This document shows positions 14,001 through 27,320 of a DNA stretch of 64,000 nucleotides, one piece after another (within the stretch, counting starts at the first letter, position 1; every line of letters begins with the position of its first letter). The stretch is from Azolla caroliniana (Eukaryota > Plantae > Polypodiophyta): NCBI GenBank assembly GCA_043228905.1, contig JBHGNT010000020.1, positions 3,100,001 through 3,164,000 on the forward strand. Reading direction: 5' to 3'. The notes under the pieces are model-generated. The model had not been told where the DNA came from, did not search any database, and saw only the letters and a program-made list of their open reading frames with translations. The translations under genes were made by a program, and so were the position numbers.

Positions 14001-17000
14001 TATCGTACATGTAAGGTCCTCAAGCCAGATGTGTTGTAATTTATGTCTTCGAAAGACCTCTAGCATAGGTCTATCCCGAATGGAGAGGTCTCTGAAGCAA
14101 GAAAAGCACCTGCGATGGTGGGAGATAATGGCCTTTATTTGTCGATGACGGGAAATAACATCTGCAAAGAGACCCGCATGAGGGACAGTGGCAGAATTAA
14201 CAAGCCTATATTATGGGCAGTTGAACTACATTTAGCATAGTAGAAACCTTTGACAAGAAAAACAACCTTTGGCCCAAGCATCCATCTGCCTTCTGTAAGA
14301 AGGTGATCTGTAAAGTAAAGCCTGATGGCAAGTTATTGAGAGTCCTTCAATGATTCTGAAACATGCCATCGTTCAATAAAATTTTACGAATGAAAGAAGA
14401 AGGCTAACATCACCAATCAAACAATCACATAGTTGGAACAGATTCAGCTGCTGGGTTGACAAAGTGAAACTTAAGGATGCAGTTTTATTTTCCTGTTCAG
14501 GCAAGGTCTGATCATCAGAGCAGAATCATGACATGCAAAACTCTGAAGCCTGGAAGGTGAAAGCCGAGGGGACCAATCACAGAACGCACCATTGGGACTA
14601 GAAAGGATGTGCTCATCAACCTGTTTCAAGAACCAGGTAGTTGTGGCAATTCAATAGAGTTGCTACCCCTACAATTAATCTGCACTTACGAAGTGCAGAT
14701 TTGGGGCCCAGTTTAGACCATCATTGAAGAACTGGAGGTATCTATTAAACGCCACATCAGTAAACGTATTGATATTCTGTGTGGGATCATTTCCTTGCCA
14801 GTCCATATTCCTGGTTGGAGATCAATAGAGCATGATTTGGACTGAAGTGTTTTTAGCCCACAATATTATCAGGACTGAGATGATTACACCACTAATGGTC
14901 ATAGAGGCTTTAATCAGGTTGGTGTCATACATATAGGAGCTTCCCTGATATAGATATGTCAGGTTAGCTTTAGATTCCTCGAGTCAGCTGGTGAATGAGG
15001 GCACTACATATTGATATGTCCAAATGGCATTGTGGTTGACTTTCATAGTTTAACAGACAAGATCACACTCAGCAAAAGAATAGAACATGAATCAAACATA
15101 TGCAGGAGAGAGAAGTAAGAAAATAGCTTTCTATCAAGATCACATTCCTCAAATCACAGGGGATAAATTTGCATGCCCTAAATATAAGGATATCCTTCTT
15201 TCTCATGGATTGAGGTGCATCATTGGACAGATTGATACCTCATCACATGCTGTTGCATAGTTTACTGATGTGAACTGATATCATTAGATTGAATATGAAA
15301 GAATATGGATCATCCCTAAAATGTCTCTTGGCCAAAAGATGGCGTACTTTTTACACATCACAGGATGGATTTATCTTCTTATATGGACACACATCTATCT
15401 CTACATTGTGTGATGGGCAGCTCAGGACTTCTTCACATCAGTTGGAGAATGAGATAGGCAAATGGAAGAACAGATATGCAAATTGTGCAATCAAAGGTAG
15501 AATTGGAGGGACGCTATTTTTCCATTGTGCAGTTTTTTATGAAATAATAGGTAGATATCACTGCCTCTTCAAGCAAGGCTTTGGCCCACTATGCAAGGTA
15601 ATTGAAAACAAAGAATAATCGTGCTTGGCACTGATCTTGGTAGAACTCAAGAGACACATAGAGCAGTTGTTGAACGTCAACAATGCAACCACAACAGTTC
15701 ATCAACAAAGAACTAACACAACTTTCATTAACTCCATCACTCCTCAAGCTACAAGTCAATCCAGGGCTACAGTAGTAGGATCTTGATCACAACACTTGAA
15801 AGGGGTTGCAATCGACTGGTCAATAGAAATTTTTCATGACCCTTGGCCACATCCATCTAAACCATGATCCCATCACCCTTGCTATTGGCAGATAATGCCA
15901 TTATCACTCAATACAAAAGTGCTTTTAAGACTATTTGTTTGGATCTGCCCATACTGGAGATCTTTTGACGGCAAAAGTTTCAGTCCATCTAAGTTCAAGA
16001 CATTAAATGCTTAGATAATGCTTAGCCAAGTAGTTCTATTGATTTAATTGTATTTATTTTTGCTTTCCTTAAAGATGAGACAACATTTTAAGATGTAATC
16101 TCTCATTTGATCTCATAGGCCATTTTGGCCTCATAATATATCTTTTTTTCTCTCTTTCTCTGAATCCAATAACTCAGTCCGAATCTCTACCTGTAGGCAA
16201 GTAGTTCACATCATAGAATCAGTCAGAAATTTGAGAGAACCCATGAGCTTGGCCCTATACCATAGATCGTACCCATGGATGTTAATAATGTATGTATCTA
16301 TCTCTCCCTCTTTTGCCCTGTCTCATCTAAAGTGGATGCAAACCTGAGGTTGAAGGAGGCATAAATCAGAGCAGAAAAATCTAAAACTGCAGGGACAGGT
16401 TTAAACCTAAAAAAACGATGAAATGGCTCTTAAAAGGTGGAAAACATAAAAATTAATGTGACCTATGTAAACCCTGAAATGCATGGCGAAACCCTAAACC
16501 TACACTGGAAATGAAAGGGTGATCTGCTGAAACTCTAAAAACAGATCAAAACCCAGGTGAAGGCTCTATCTTGTTTTTAACTCCCAGTTATGATTATGCT
16601 AGCTTACGTTGATGAGGTGCACAATGACTAATTGCAGAAAGATACAAATTATATATTAAAGTCTTTTATGAAAGAAAAATGCCTATGAGACTGAATGAGA
16701 GATTGCATCCTAAAATGCTGTTTCATCTTGGAGAACAACAAACTAAAATAAATTCAAATAATTAATAAACTGGGTATTTACATTAGGTAAGCAGTGAACA
16801 TTGTGCGCTGAGAAAGACTGAAATTTATGCCTTTGAAAGATTCCCAACTGCTAAAGGTAATAGATGTTTCTGTTAGCTAAGCATTACGGTGGTGATCTTA
16901 GATGTGCACTATGAGGAGAAACCAGCAAATGACCCCATTGATGAACTTAAAGAGATAGATTGTTTTCAACTCTCAATATGACTATCTTAGCTTTAGTGCC

Positions 17001-19532
17001 TACCTTAGGCCCCATGATGCGCACAATGAATCCACTTGTAGAGAAACCAAAAAATGAACCCACTGTTGAACTTATGGAGCAGAGTGTCTGAAAATCTGTT
17101 GCGAGTCCTGGTTTCTCCCGGCTTTGCTTCGCAATTTCAGCATCTATAGTCACATCCGCTATTGTGATGCCCAATGTATATAGCAATAACAACATAACTG
17201 CGAGGCCATTTTGTAATTTGGCTTCCAGAAGGAGCATAATAAGTGAAAAGAAGGAAAGGAGTCCTGCATTGGTAGTACAACAATTAGATGAATGTTATAT
17301 TTCGTTTAAAACAATGGCTCTTACAAATGAGAATAAAGCAAGTAATTGACACAAAGCAAAGAACAAAGAAATGATGACATACTGTGAAAATACTGGTTGA
17401 AAACAAATGAAAGAACAAGAAAGCATGACAATGCTTCATTAGTGAGAACAAAGAAATCAGCATCATATGAAAGCATTGCCATTATACACCATATTCCTTG
17501 CTGACGGAAATTAAAAGCTAACAGGAGATTGAGGCAAAACATATTTATGAGGCTTCCAATGATCACATCGTTGTTTCTTCTATATATAAATATTTATGGA
17601 AGCAAAAGGAGAGGTTTTATCCCATTTCATCTTCATAGCAGAGAGACTTTAGACATCCCCACCAATTCGATCTACACTACAATATTCCTTATTGACTCAC
17701 GAGCTTATGGTATTATCATTCTGAAAGTTTAATTTAATGAACACGACAGTCCAGTCATAAGGCTATTGCTTTGCAGTCAATGAGACTGATGTTGCATTCA
17801 TTATGCATATTTATCGTAGTTTAAGAACAATGCACAGTCTAAAAAAGTATAGTTACACAAATTCACATTCCACAACTGTATGATTAGTATCGTCATATAA
17901 AATAGTGTTTCCACATGAACAACTTAACAATGCAATCCAAGTAAATTGTTAAAGAAAGATAGAGGGGAATGCAAGCAACATAAATATATTAATAAGACAA
18001 GATAGAAGCTCATTGGCTCCCAATTTGGGTGCGTTCACTTTTGAGTTTTACAATCTAAGGGATGTGCACATGTAGAGGCATATGAAGGCTAAATCCTACC
18101 ACAGCATTCCTATGTTTTCAAGTGCAAGATGATTCATAATGTGGATGAGATAAATTCAGTGCCACTCAATTCCTTAGCAAGGTAGATTATGCAATAATGG
18201 GATCTAATTTTCATAGTCTTGACCAAGATCTCACGAGGTAAATGGGATCTAGTTCAGCATTCTCACCAAGTTCTAATTGGGTGAATGAGATCTAATTTTG
18301 CTAATTCCACAAATTCCTAATTATAAAAATATGCTAAAAAGAGAAGGTAAATTATACTACAAAGGTGAGATCTACTTTCAGTCTCAAACTACGTATTCAC
18401 AATTTCTAAAGTAGGGATCTAATTTCACAGTCACACCAAGTTGGAACAATGTAAAATTGCATTAAGAAGTGGAATCTAATTTCAAAATCTCACCAAGTTC
18501 TAACTAGATAAATTTGCCATCTAGTTCTTCAATCTCACCAAGCTCTAACTAAGCACACTATTGCTAAAAAGTGGGATCCAACATCAAAGAAACACAATAA
18601 TGGAGATACCTATGGATGAATAGACACCCTTTAAACCAAAAGAAAAAAACCAACCAAAGCAATGTTGCATACATAAACATACATTTAGCAAAATAAAGAA
18701 TGCAACTTTTTTAGCAATATTTACGACCTCATTTAGAAATGCAAATTGTTTTCGCAATGTTTTGATAGAAATTAACACAAACAAAGATTTTCAGCTACAC
18801 ACATAGAATTTTTTTTGTTGATGCACAAATACATACATACATACATATACACATGATTACAACACCTGAGAAGAGAAAGTAAGGGCGCCTATGGTATCCA
18901 GAGATTGGTACAAGATCGGTGAGAAGACCCCATACAGGCTTCCAGTCCCAAACACTACTGATGATACTACTATACATTTGTGCCGTAGAAGGCTGAACAA
19001 GCTGTGTATCTTTCCAAAAATAGTTTCCTGAAATTCTATAAAGGGCCCCTCCAAATCCTTGGCTCACACCATATGTCACCATAACACCAAACACAAAGCT
19101 CGAATCGACCTCTTTCGCTAGATTCTCAATCCACCCTATGGGTGCCCAAATTTTGCTTTTTGCTTTCTGCATTCTGCTTTTTCTGTCCTTCCCCTGTTTT
19201 CTTCTGCCTTCTGCTTTCCCCTGTTTCCTGCTTTCCTCTCCTTCTCCTTCCCCGAGAGAATCTTCTCTTTCTTCCTCCGCATCATCACCATCTTCTTCTT
19301 CGTTTACAAACCTGCTTTCATCTGTTTGTTTCCTGCTTCCTGCTTTTCTGCCCTGCTTTCCAGTTTCCCCTTCTTTTTTCACCACAAGCCCTACAGTCTC
19401 ATCATTGCCATCATCATCATCATCTTCTTCAACAGGATCCTTTACTTGAACTTCTACAAATTCATTCAGATTTGAGCCACTTTTCTTCAATGAATTGTGG
19501 TCCAGATCAGTGATTGATGATGTGCCCATCAT
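11042..19532 (-). CDS. Folate-biopterin transporter (BT1 family, MFS), complete
   Basis: Exons 19532-18866, 17263-17004, 12766-12665, 12178-12008 and 11671-11042 are all GT-AG and in phase (about 609 aa). Motifs: YGVSQG, WDWKPVWGLLTDLVPISGYHRRPYF, IADVTIDA, VWKPVLYMFISWA, CAKLCPAGIEGTFFALLM. Acidic/basic N-terminal extension. Confidence 0.93.
13850..15050 (-). mobile_element. LINE-like 3' fragment with unassigned degenerate coding region (BT1 intron 2)
   Basis: The hairpin tail at 13870-13905 (minus) and 14020-14150 match 7140-7420. The upstream part has interrupted frames of unknown family. Confidence 0.55.
15180..16160 (+). mobile_element. 5'-truncated LINE (C-terminal zinc-finger-like region and 3' tail)
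   Basis: GQLRTSSHQLENEIG..CAI..FHCAVFYEIIGRYHCLF resembles the non-LTR ORF2 C-terminus. It ends in tttgatctcataggccattttggcctc followed by a CT-rich tail at about 16105-16160. Confidence 0.7.
18195..18580. repeat. Degenerate minisatellite in BT1 intron 1
   Basis: Recurrent g(g/a)gatctaattt...tcaccaagttctaa units, about 8 imperfect copies at 40-60 bp spacing. Confidence 0.65.
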
Positions 19533-20029
19533 GTTCTAGATTCAGCTTCGATCTTACAGGAAGACAAAGACCACATAGATCTATATATACACATATGTGA
19601 TAGCTTTAGAAACATCTATTGCATAAGACTCTCCATGGCATCATAGGTACATAATAATACATGACATAGAGATGAAGCAGATCTACCTTCTACTTCTACT
19701 TCTTCTTCTTCTTTCTTCTTTCTTCTTTCTTCTGCTCTTCAATGTTTCTGGAATGATTTTTTGTCTTACCTATTTTTACAAGAGACTTGGTCCATAGATT
19801 CCTATGTCTCTTGGACCCTGTCCATCGTTACTTGCTCGAAGTATATCCTATCTGGCCGATGCGTTTTACACCAGACCCTATCAATCGTCACCTCACCTGC
19901 TCAAGGTCTATGCTATTTGACCGACACCTCTGCACCCAGACCTCATCTATCAGAAGCCCCAGTCCCAATAAATCATCACCTGCTCGAACTCTATCCTATC
20001 TAGCCGCCGCCTCTACACGCAAACAAGTT

Positions 20030-22872
20030 CGAGATTTTGAGTGGTTGGCTATTGCACGCTTTGCCCTAAACAAGTTCGAGATTTTGATTCGGCCATGCTT
20101 TCCACACATCTTCAATAGAACCCGATCCTTGCACGAATTTCTCTCACAACCACAATGTGCACTTTCGATTGCAACATTCATTGGGAAAGTTCTTGAACAT
20201 CAAGAGTCGCTACTCACAAATGTATTACGTGAAATGTAATATTTTTGGTCTCATTAGTCATATTTGACCTCCAAAAATACTAGAATCTATCTATCTCCAA
20301 AAGACACATATAAAAACAAAATTCTATGCTCTGGGTAGATGCAAGATATGGACAAAATCATGACCCATCGCTAGATTCCTCTGTGAATGAGGCCTTTTAG
20401 CAACATTAATGTATCGTGACGTGGGAAAAATGCTTGGAAGCTCATGCTTCACACATAATAGTACATACGTTGTACATAATTACAAAATTGTGTTATTCGC
20501 CAAACAAGGAAATTCCACACACAATACAAAGTTAGAGCCCATCTTGCTGTGTCTTGCCATTAGGACCATTGCTTCCCTATGCCTTAGCTCTCACTTGTGA
20601 CAATGTGAGACAAGGCGTTGGGGCACAAGTGATGAGAGTAATCAAATATCCTCACTTTGCCCTAAACAAGTTCGGGAGTCCAAGTACCACACTTACATAA
20701 AATGCTGCTCTACCTCTGATCACATGTAACTATGCTTTCAACACATCTTCGACCAAACCGAATCCTTGCATGAATTTCTCTCATAGTCACGATGCTTACT
20801 CTTGATTGCGACATTCATTTATAAAGTTGTTGAACATCAAGAGTCACTAATCACTTTCACATGTACTACGTGAAAAAGCATATTATTTGATCTCATAGGT
20901 CATTTTTGGCCTTCAAAAACAATAATAAAGTCTATCTATCTTTGCTTTCTCCACCTTATGTATCCATCCAGATGCCTTTTGCCACCATCGTTAATGCAAA
21001 AAGTCAAATTCTTCATGAGTCTCGAATTGCCTTTTTCTATACCTTATTACCAATGCCTTGTGTCTTTTCTTTAGCCCAATTAATTGAGTATTTTTTGAAA
21101 GCAACAATGCATTGCATGGATTCGCTTCATCAAATCACATCTAGGCATGTATTTGTTGTCAAATCATTTGGTCACATAAGCCCCAATATGATGCATGTGG
21201 CACCTCACTTGCTTCATGATGCATCACTAGATTCCTTGGTAAATGAGGCCTTTTCTACAACATCAATGTATCATGACATGGGACAAATGTGGAGACTCAC
21301 GCTTCACACATTATGTTACACATGTTGCACCTAACGACAAAGCCATATTCTTCACGGAACGAGAAACCATACACATCGATACATGTTAGAGCCCATGACA
21401 TTGTTTGCCCTTCAAACAATTGCCTTTATGCGACTTTGCTCACATGTATTGTGATGTGAGACGGGGCGTTGGTGCACAAGTGATGAGAGTGGTCGACTAT
21501 GCATGATTTGCCCTAAACAAGTTTGAGAGTTTGATTATCACACTTTGATACATTGCATTGCCTTTGATCAGATTCGACCATGCTTTCCACACTTCTTCGA
21601 CCAAGCCCAATCCTTGCACGAATTTCTCTCACAACCACAATGTGCACTCTCGATTGCAACATTCATTGGTAAAGTTCTAGAACATCGAGAGTCACTACTC
21701 ACTTTCACATTTATCACATGAAATGTAATGTTTTTGGTCTCATAGGCCATATTTGACCTCTGAAGATGATAATAGAATCTATCTATCTATCTCTTTCACA
21801 AGAAAGAGTGGATTCATTGCACTGATCATTCATATAAAAACATTAAACTTGGTGTACATATGGTGGTAAAAACCATGGCTAACATTGCTTGCTATAAAAT
21901 GTAGAGCTCCTATGACTAAGCCCCATTTACTTTGGTAAGACAATAAACATTGATTTTGAAGGAAAAGAATACCGGGTCAAATGAGCAAGAAATTTAATTT
22001 TCCTCTATTTGTAAGTGGTATATACATAGGTATAGCGCCTTCAAGAGCCAAAGTGTAATACATATATAATCGTTTTCCATTCATGGAAGAAAAACTACAT
22101 AAATACCACCTACTACATGATGATCATTTTTTTGCCATTAAAAGAAACTAAATAGAAAAAACACCACCATCCATAACTAGTATTATTTCTCTCTCACACA
22201 CACAAGCAAAAAGATCCAAATGACGCATAAAAGCAAAAATTTCTGTTCAAGTTGGATGCAAGATATGGAAAAATGGTTTGGTAGATGGGATGCAATACAC
22301 TTGCTTCATGATGCATCACTAGATTCCTTTATGAATGAGGTCTTTTTGCAACCCCATTGTATCATGAAATGGGACAAATGTGGACCCTCACACTTCACAT
22401 ATTATATTACACATGTTGCACCTAACTACAAAACCATATTCTTCGCGGAACGAGGAAACTATACACATTGATACATGTTAGAGCCCATCTCGTTGTTTGC
22501 CATTCAAACCATTGCTTCCATCCATTGTGATGTGAGATGGGGCGTTGGGGCACAATTGATGAGAGTGGTTGACTATGCACATTGTTCCCTAAACAAGTTC
22601 GAGAGTCTGAGTATCACACTTTGATAAAATGCTCTACCTTTAATCATATTTGACCATGCTTTCCACACATCTTCAACCAAGCCCAATCCTTATTTGAATT
22701 TCTCTCACAACCACAATGTGCACTCTCAATTGCAACATTCATTGGAAAAGTTCTCGAACATCGAGAGTCGATACTCATTTTCATATGTATTACATGAAAT
22801 GTAATATTTTTGGTCTCATAGGTTATATTTGACCTCGAAAGATGACAGACAATAGAATCAATGTCTCTCTCT
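20030..22872 (+). mobile_element. Cluster of four same-orientation 5'-truncated LINE 3' ends
   Basis: Homologous blocks (ttgccctaaacaagttcgag...gaatttctctcacaaccacaatgtgcac...gaacatcgagagtc) end in tails at about 20245, 20890, 21735 and 22810, each followed by ATCT/CT runs. The degenerate protein resembles a LINE C-terminal zinc-finger region (CDVRRGVG.., HEFLSQPQCALSIATFIGKVLEH). Confidence 0.75.
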
Positions 22873-22886
22873 ACAAGTTTTTTTAT

Positions 22887-25056
22887 TGTTGAGAGACAAG
22901 CTCAACATGGGCCAAATCAGTTGAATAAGCCGAAAAGCCGAATTGGTTGGTTGAGTCGGATGGAATCCGATAGGCTGTTAGGGAGCATAGATGCCTATTA
23001 TAGGATAATCAGTGTCACACTCATTCATGAGCATTAAAGTACTGATAGTACTTGTGTCAACCCACTCGTTAGGGCTTGTATAAAAAGTGCTCTGTGAGCA
23101 CATTGTATATATAGAGCATTGAGTCCTTTTGGTAATCGAAGTTTTGTTGTCAGCTTACTTAGTCTCTCTCTCTCTCTCTCATATTCTCTGGGTTTACCTA
23201 ATTGTCTATTTTGTCTTTGTTGTCCGGCTGACCCAACTGTGTTTGTGCTTAACACTTCCACACACGTAATATTTTTACTTGGTATTAGAGCATGAGGGTT
23301 AGAAGAATCCTCTACAACCGACACGTGAACAAGCATTGAGACAAGCTTTCGTTTTTCGGAAAAGCAAAGACAGGAACATGAATAGAGGCATGGGAAGCTC
23401 ACTTCCAATAGAGAAGCTCGATAGGAGCAACTACACATCGTGGTCGTACAAGATGCACCAGTACCTATTTGGGCATGAGTACTGGAGTTACGTTAAAGGA
23501 ACAAATGACACACAAAGATTTTCCAGCCTAGAAACAGGCGGCAAGTAGAGTTCTGTACTGTTTTGCATCTTGTGTGAGCGATAAAATTTTGAGCTATATC
23601 CGGGACACCAAGATGCCGAATGATGCTTGGACGAACCTGATGAAGATCTTTGCAGCAAGTACGACGACCTGAAAGCTACAACTCAGACAGGAGTTGAGCA
23701 ATGTCTGATAGAGAGACATGTTAGTGGCCGACTACACCTCTAAGATCAAGGAGATATGCAACTCCATTGCCTCCATCAATGTGACCATTGACGAGGACGA
23801 AATGGTGCAGGTTGGCCTCAGAGGGCTGGTGTCTAGATAAAGATAATTCTGAATGACGGTCTACATGAGAGTGAATACACCATCCTTCTTTGAGTTGCAG
23901 TTGATGCTTCTCATTGAAGAAAACCACGTGGGTGCGTCGACGAGTGCATGCATGCAGACAACAAGATGTTGTACACGGAGGCAGATTAGCCCCATAGTTG
24001 TGGAGGACGAGGTGGGTTGGCATGCAGTGGAGGCAGCCAATAGGAGCATAATCAAAGGCACAGAAGAAGTGTAGATAGTAGTTTTGGACCCTTCACGAGC
24101 AGGGGGAGTCAAGGCGGCGCCAGAAGCCGATAAGGGAAGGCCGCAATAGACTTTTGGTACTATGGTCGGAAGGGCCACAAAGAGAGAGAGTGCTTGAAGA
24201 AGCGCGCCGATTTGGACAGAGCCAAATCAAGCCGGGGCGATGCAGATAGGCGTCAAAGATCACACTATGCCGAAGGTTCAGGGCAAGCCAGGATGGACCC
24301 AACCTTCATAATGAAACACAAGGCCAATTCGATGGCGGTGAGCACCTCGAAGCCAAACGAGTTGTGGTACGTGTAATCCAGAGCATTGAACCATATGAAG
24401 AACCACATGAAGAACCACAAGGAGTGGTTCTTGACACTAGAGAAGCTGGAACAACCGGGGGTCATCGAAACTGGCGACGACACCCCTCATCCCATCGAAC
24501 ATATCGGAGATGTCCCTTTGAGCCATGTCGTCCAGAGAGGAATAATGGGGAATGACCTGCACGTCTCGACGATCACCAAGAACTTGGTGTCGGTCGAACA
24601 TATAGTCGACCAGGGAATGCAGGTTCGATTCACTCATCATGGGTGTTTCATTGAAGAGGAAGGCAAAATCATCGCCCAAGGACGCCGGGAAGGGAGGATG
24701 TTTATCCTTGAGATGAATGACTTTGGCACAACTATGTTTGTCAAAGGGCAATAGGTTGAATCAAATATGGACCTGTGGCATAAGCGAGTTGGCCATGTCA
24801 ACTTTCCAAAGCTTCAAGAGATGCAGGCGAAACAAGTGGTTTTCAGCCTGCCGAGATTCAACGGCCGGAAAGGCCAAATATGTGAAGCTTGCTAGTTAGG
24901 GAAGCAACACCGACTTTTATTTCCCAACGAGCGTAATCAAAGCCATAAAAAGATCGATTTAATCCATTCAGATGTATGGGGACCTACGCAAAACGTGAGC
25001 ATCGGTGGTAGCTGTTACTTTGTAACCTATATTGATGACTACACTCAACATACCTG
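22887..25056 (+). mobile_element. Degenerate Ty1/copia, 5' half; interrupted in integrase
   Basis: LTR 22887-about 23279 (TGTTGAGAGACAAGCTCAAC). PBS tggtattagagc at 23280. gag EKLDRSNYTSWSYKMHQYL, protease, and integrase start HSDVWGP, with many stops. Confidence 0.9.
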
Positions 25057-26414
25057 TGTTGTAATATGTTAGATGAAGAATATGATAAGGACCTGCAAGG
25101 TAAGATGTGTACAACAAAAAACACAGATATGCAACAACAAGAAGAAGGAAGGTAGAAAATAGACACAGATTAAGTTTCAATGGAAGTTCTCTCTTATTCT
25201 CTTCTTTGTAACTCTTTTACTCCAATATATTCTTTACAATGTTAGGTTGGAGCTTATATACTCAAGCCCTAACTAGAGAATGTGTTCATACTAAGGATAC
25301 AAAGTGGAAGGAATCAACCATTTATGCCAACAAACTCCCTCGTAAAAGGGCTACTCTTTCCTATGTATACAAATCATTGGGGTTATCTCCCCCGTAAACC
25401 TAGATTACAAATCTAATATATAATTACAAGTATACATACAAGAACGTTGGCATTCAGCCAAACCAACAGAGGTAAGGTCGGTGTCTAACCTAATTCGACT
25501 AAACTTCTAGATTGTGTTGTCGGGGGCGGCAAGTCCGAGTCGGTCGGATTGACTTGTTCGGATCAATTTACCTCTAAGTCGACTCGTTTGTTTGAATCAA
25601 CTCATGTCTGATTCCAACTCTCAGTCTTTAGTTGATCTGCTTCCCGCTTGTGCTGGCTCCTAAGCTCCTCTCTGGATCTTCAATTTATCTTTGGATTTGC
25701 TCGTCTGTTGGTCGTTTTCTCTCTAGTCGATATCCTCGCTCAGTGCTACATCTTCATCCTCTCGGTATTCCGACTCTTTGGATTTTGCCTTCTTGGTTCG
25801 TCCAACTGGGTCGGTCTTTGTCTTCCCTTCTGCTATTGTTTGTTTAGCTTCTTTATGCTTGGTTTCTTGTTGTAGTCCCATAGTTGTCCTTAATGTTCAG
25901 AAGTGTTGATTTGGGAGTGGCTTCGTCAGGCAATCGGCAATATTCACCTCAGTGTCGATCTTCTGGACTTCAAGCTTCTTCTTCATTACGAGCTCTTGGA
26001 TATGATAAAACCACACCTCAACGTGTTTCTTCTTTGCGTGATAGAATGAATTTCTAATGAGGTGTATTGCACTCTGAGAGTTGCAATAGATGGTCAGTGC
26101 TAGATGGTCGATTTGTCTTGTCGTTGAGAAGTCGGCTGATAGTCAGTGCAACTAGATGGCTTCCTTCGTTGCCTCCGATGCTGCTATGTACTTAGCCTCT
26201 GTGGTAGATAGGGTAGTGCACTCTTGAAGCTTCGACATCCATGATATGGTGCTGCCGCCATAGGTGAAAAGATAGCTTGATGTTGACTTCCTATTATCCG
26301 TATTTCTAGCATAGTCGGAGTTAGTATAGCCTTCGACTTCGGCCGGATTGGCCGATCCGAAAGTTAGTTGTGCATCCTTGGTTCCTCTTAGATACCTAAA
26401 GATGTGCTTGATGG
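25057..26414 (-). mobile_element. Ty1/copia 3' end (RT tail, RNase H, 3' region, 3' LTR)
   Basis: Minus strand reads AIKHIFRYLRGT, GYTNSDYA, TLSTTEAKYIAA and VQKIDTEVNIADCLTK. PPT GAGGGAGTT is followed by LTR TGTTGGCA...TACAACA at 25332-25057. Confidence 0.85.
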
Positions 26415-26574
26415 TGTCGTGAAGATTTTCGGCAATGGTGTGAAAATCACGTGGAAAGGAGAAAATTGAGAAGGGTTCACTTTCACGCTTCTCTCATTGT
26501 TTTGTCTCAGTGAGTTATCCCGCAAATATATGCAGATAATACGACTCTCTCTCTCTCTCTATATACTAACTTAT

Positions 26575-26605
<31 letters not shown>

Positions 26606-27295
26606 GACTATGTATATATATGTGTGTGTGTATTCATCCAAACTTCTATTCGACTGAATCCCATTTCAACTTTTCGGTTGATTTCGGCCAATCGACTCTT
26701 GTATCGGCTTCCTGACCTATTTCGGCCAGCCGACTCTCGATTCGGCCGTTTCAGCTTTTTGGCCGACTCCCCCACAATGAGGGACAATCTTACATAGCAC
26801 AATTGACTTACAACTAAGCCAAGTCGTTTCTTTAAAAGTTGTATTTTTCATTATATTCTTCACATGTAAATTCTCATACATAAGAGCTTCGATGAGTGAC
26901 ATGGACATCATGCATCACATGTAATGGATGAGCGCCAAGTGGCAAACATGCAAGGCATGCATTTCACGCATTAAATGAATTGTATGCATGTCTTGCACCC
27001 TGACATGCATGGGGGCATCTATAAAAGAGTGGAGGAAAAAGAATCAAGGGGGCAATTGAGGTAAGGATGAAACTTTTAATCAAAGATCTGAGTTATCCTA
27101 ATGGTGATGTATCTTATCTCTTAAAACTAAAGTCAAGGGTTCAATCTCTCTCTCTCTCTCTCTCTCTCTCTTCATCCATCTATCTATCTATCTTCAATAC
27201 TTTCTCTCTCACACTACTAAAAACATCGAATCCTTCCAATCCATGACCCCAGTGGTTCCGCTTCGTTTCATGAACACGCGAGGATTTCCTCAACA
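26415..27295 (+). repeat. 5' LTR of gypsy element A
   Basis: TGTCGTG...CAACA termini, CTATAAAA at about 27018, CT/CA/TA microsatellites, and a PBS immediately downstream. Confidence 0.75.
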
Positions 27296-27302
27296 TCTTT
27301 CT

Positions 27303-27320
27303 TGGTGAACCCGATGTGAA
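27303..27320 (+). promoter_or_regulatory. Primer binding site complementary to tRNA-Trp
   Basis: TGGTGAACCCGATGTGAA versus the reverse complement of the plant cytosolic tRNA-Trp 3' end (TGGTGAACCCGACGTGAA, recalled); one CpG mismatch. Confidence 0.8.
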
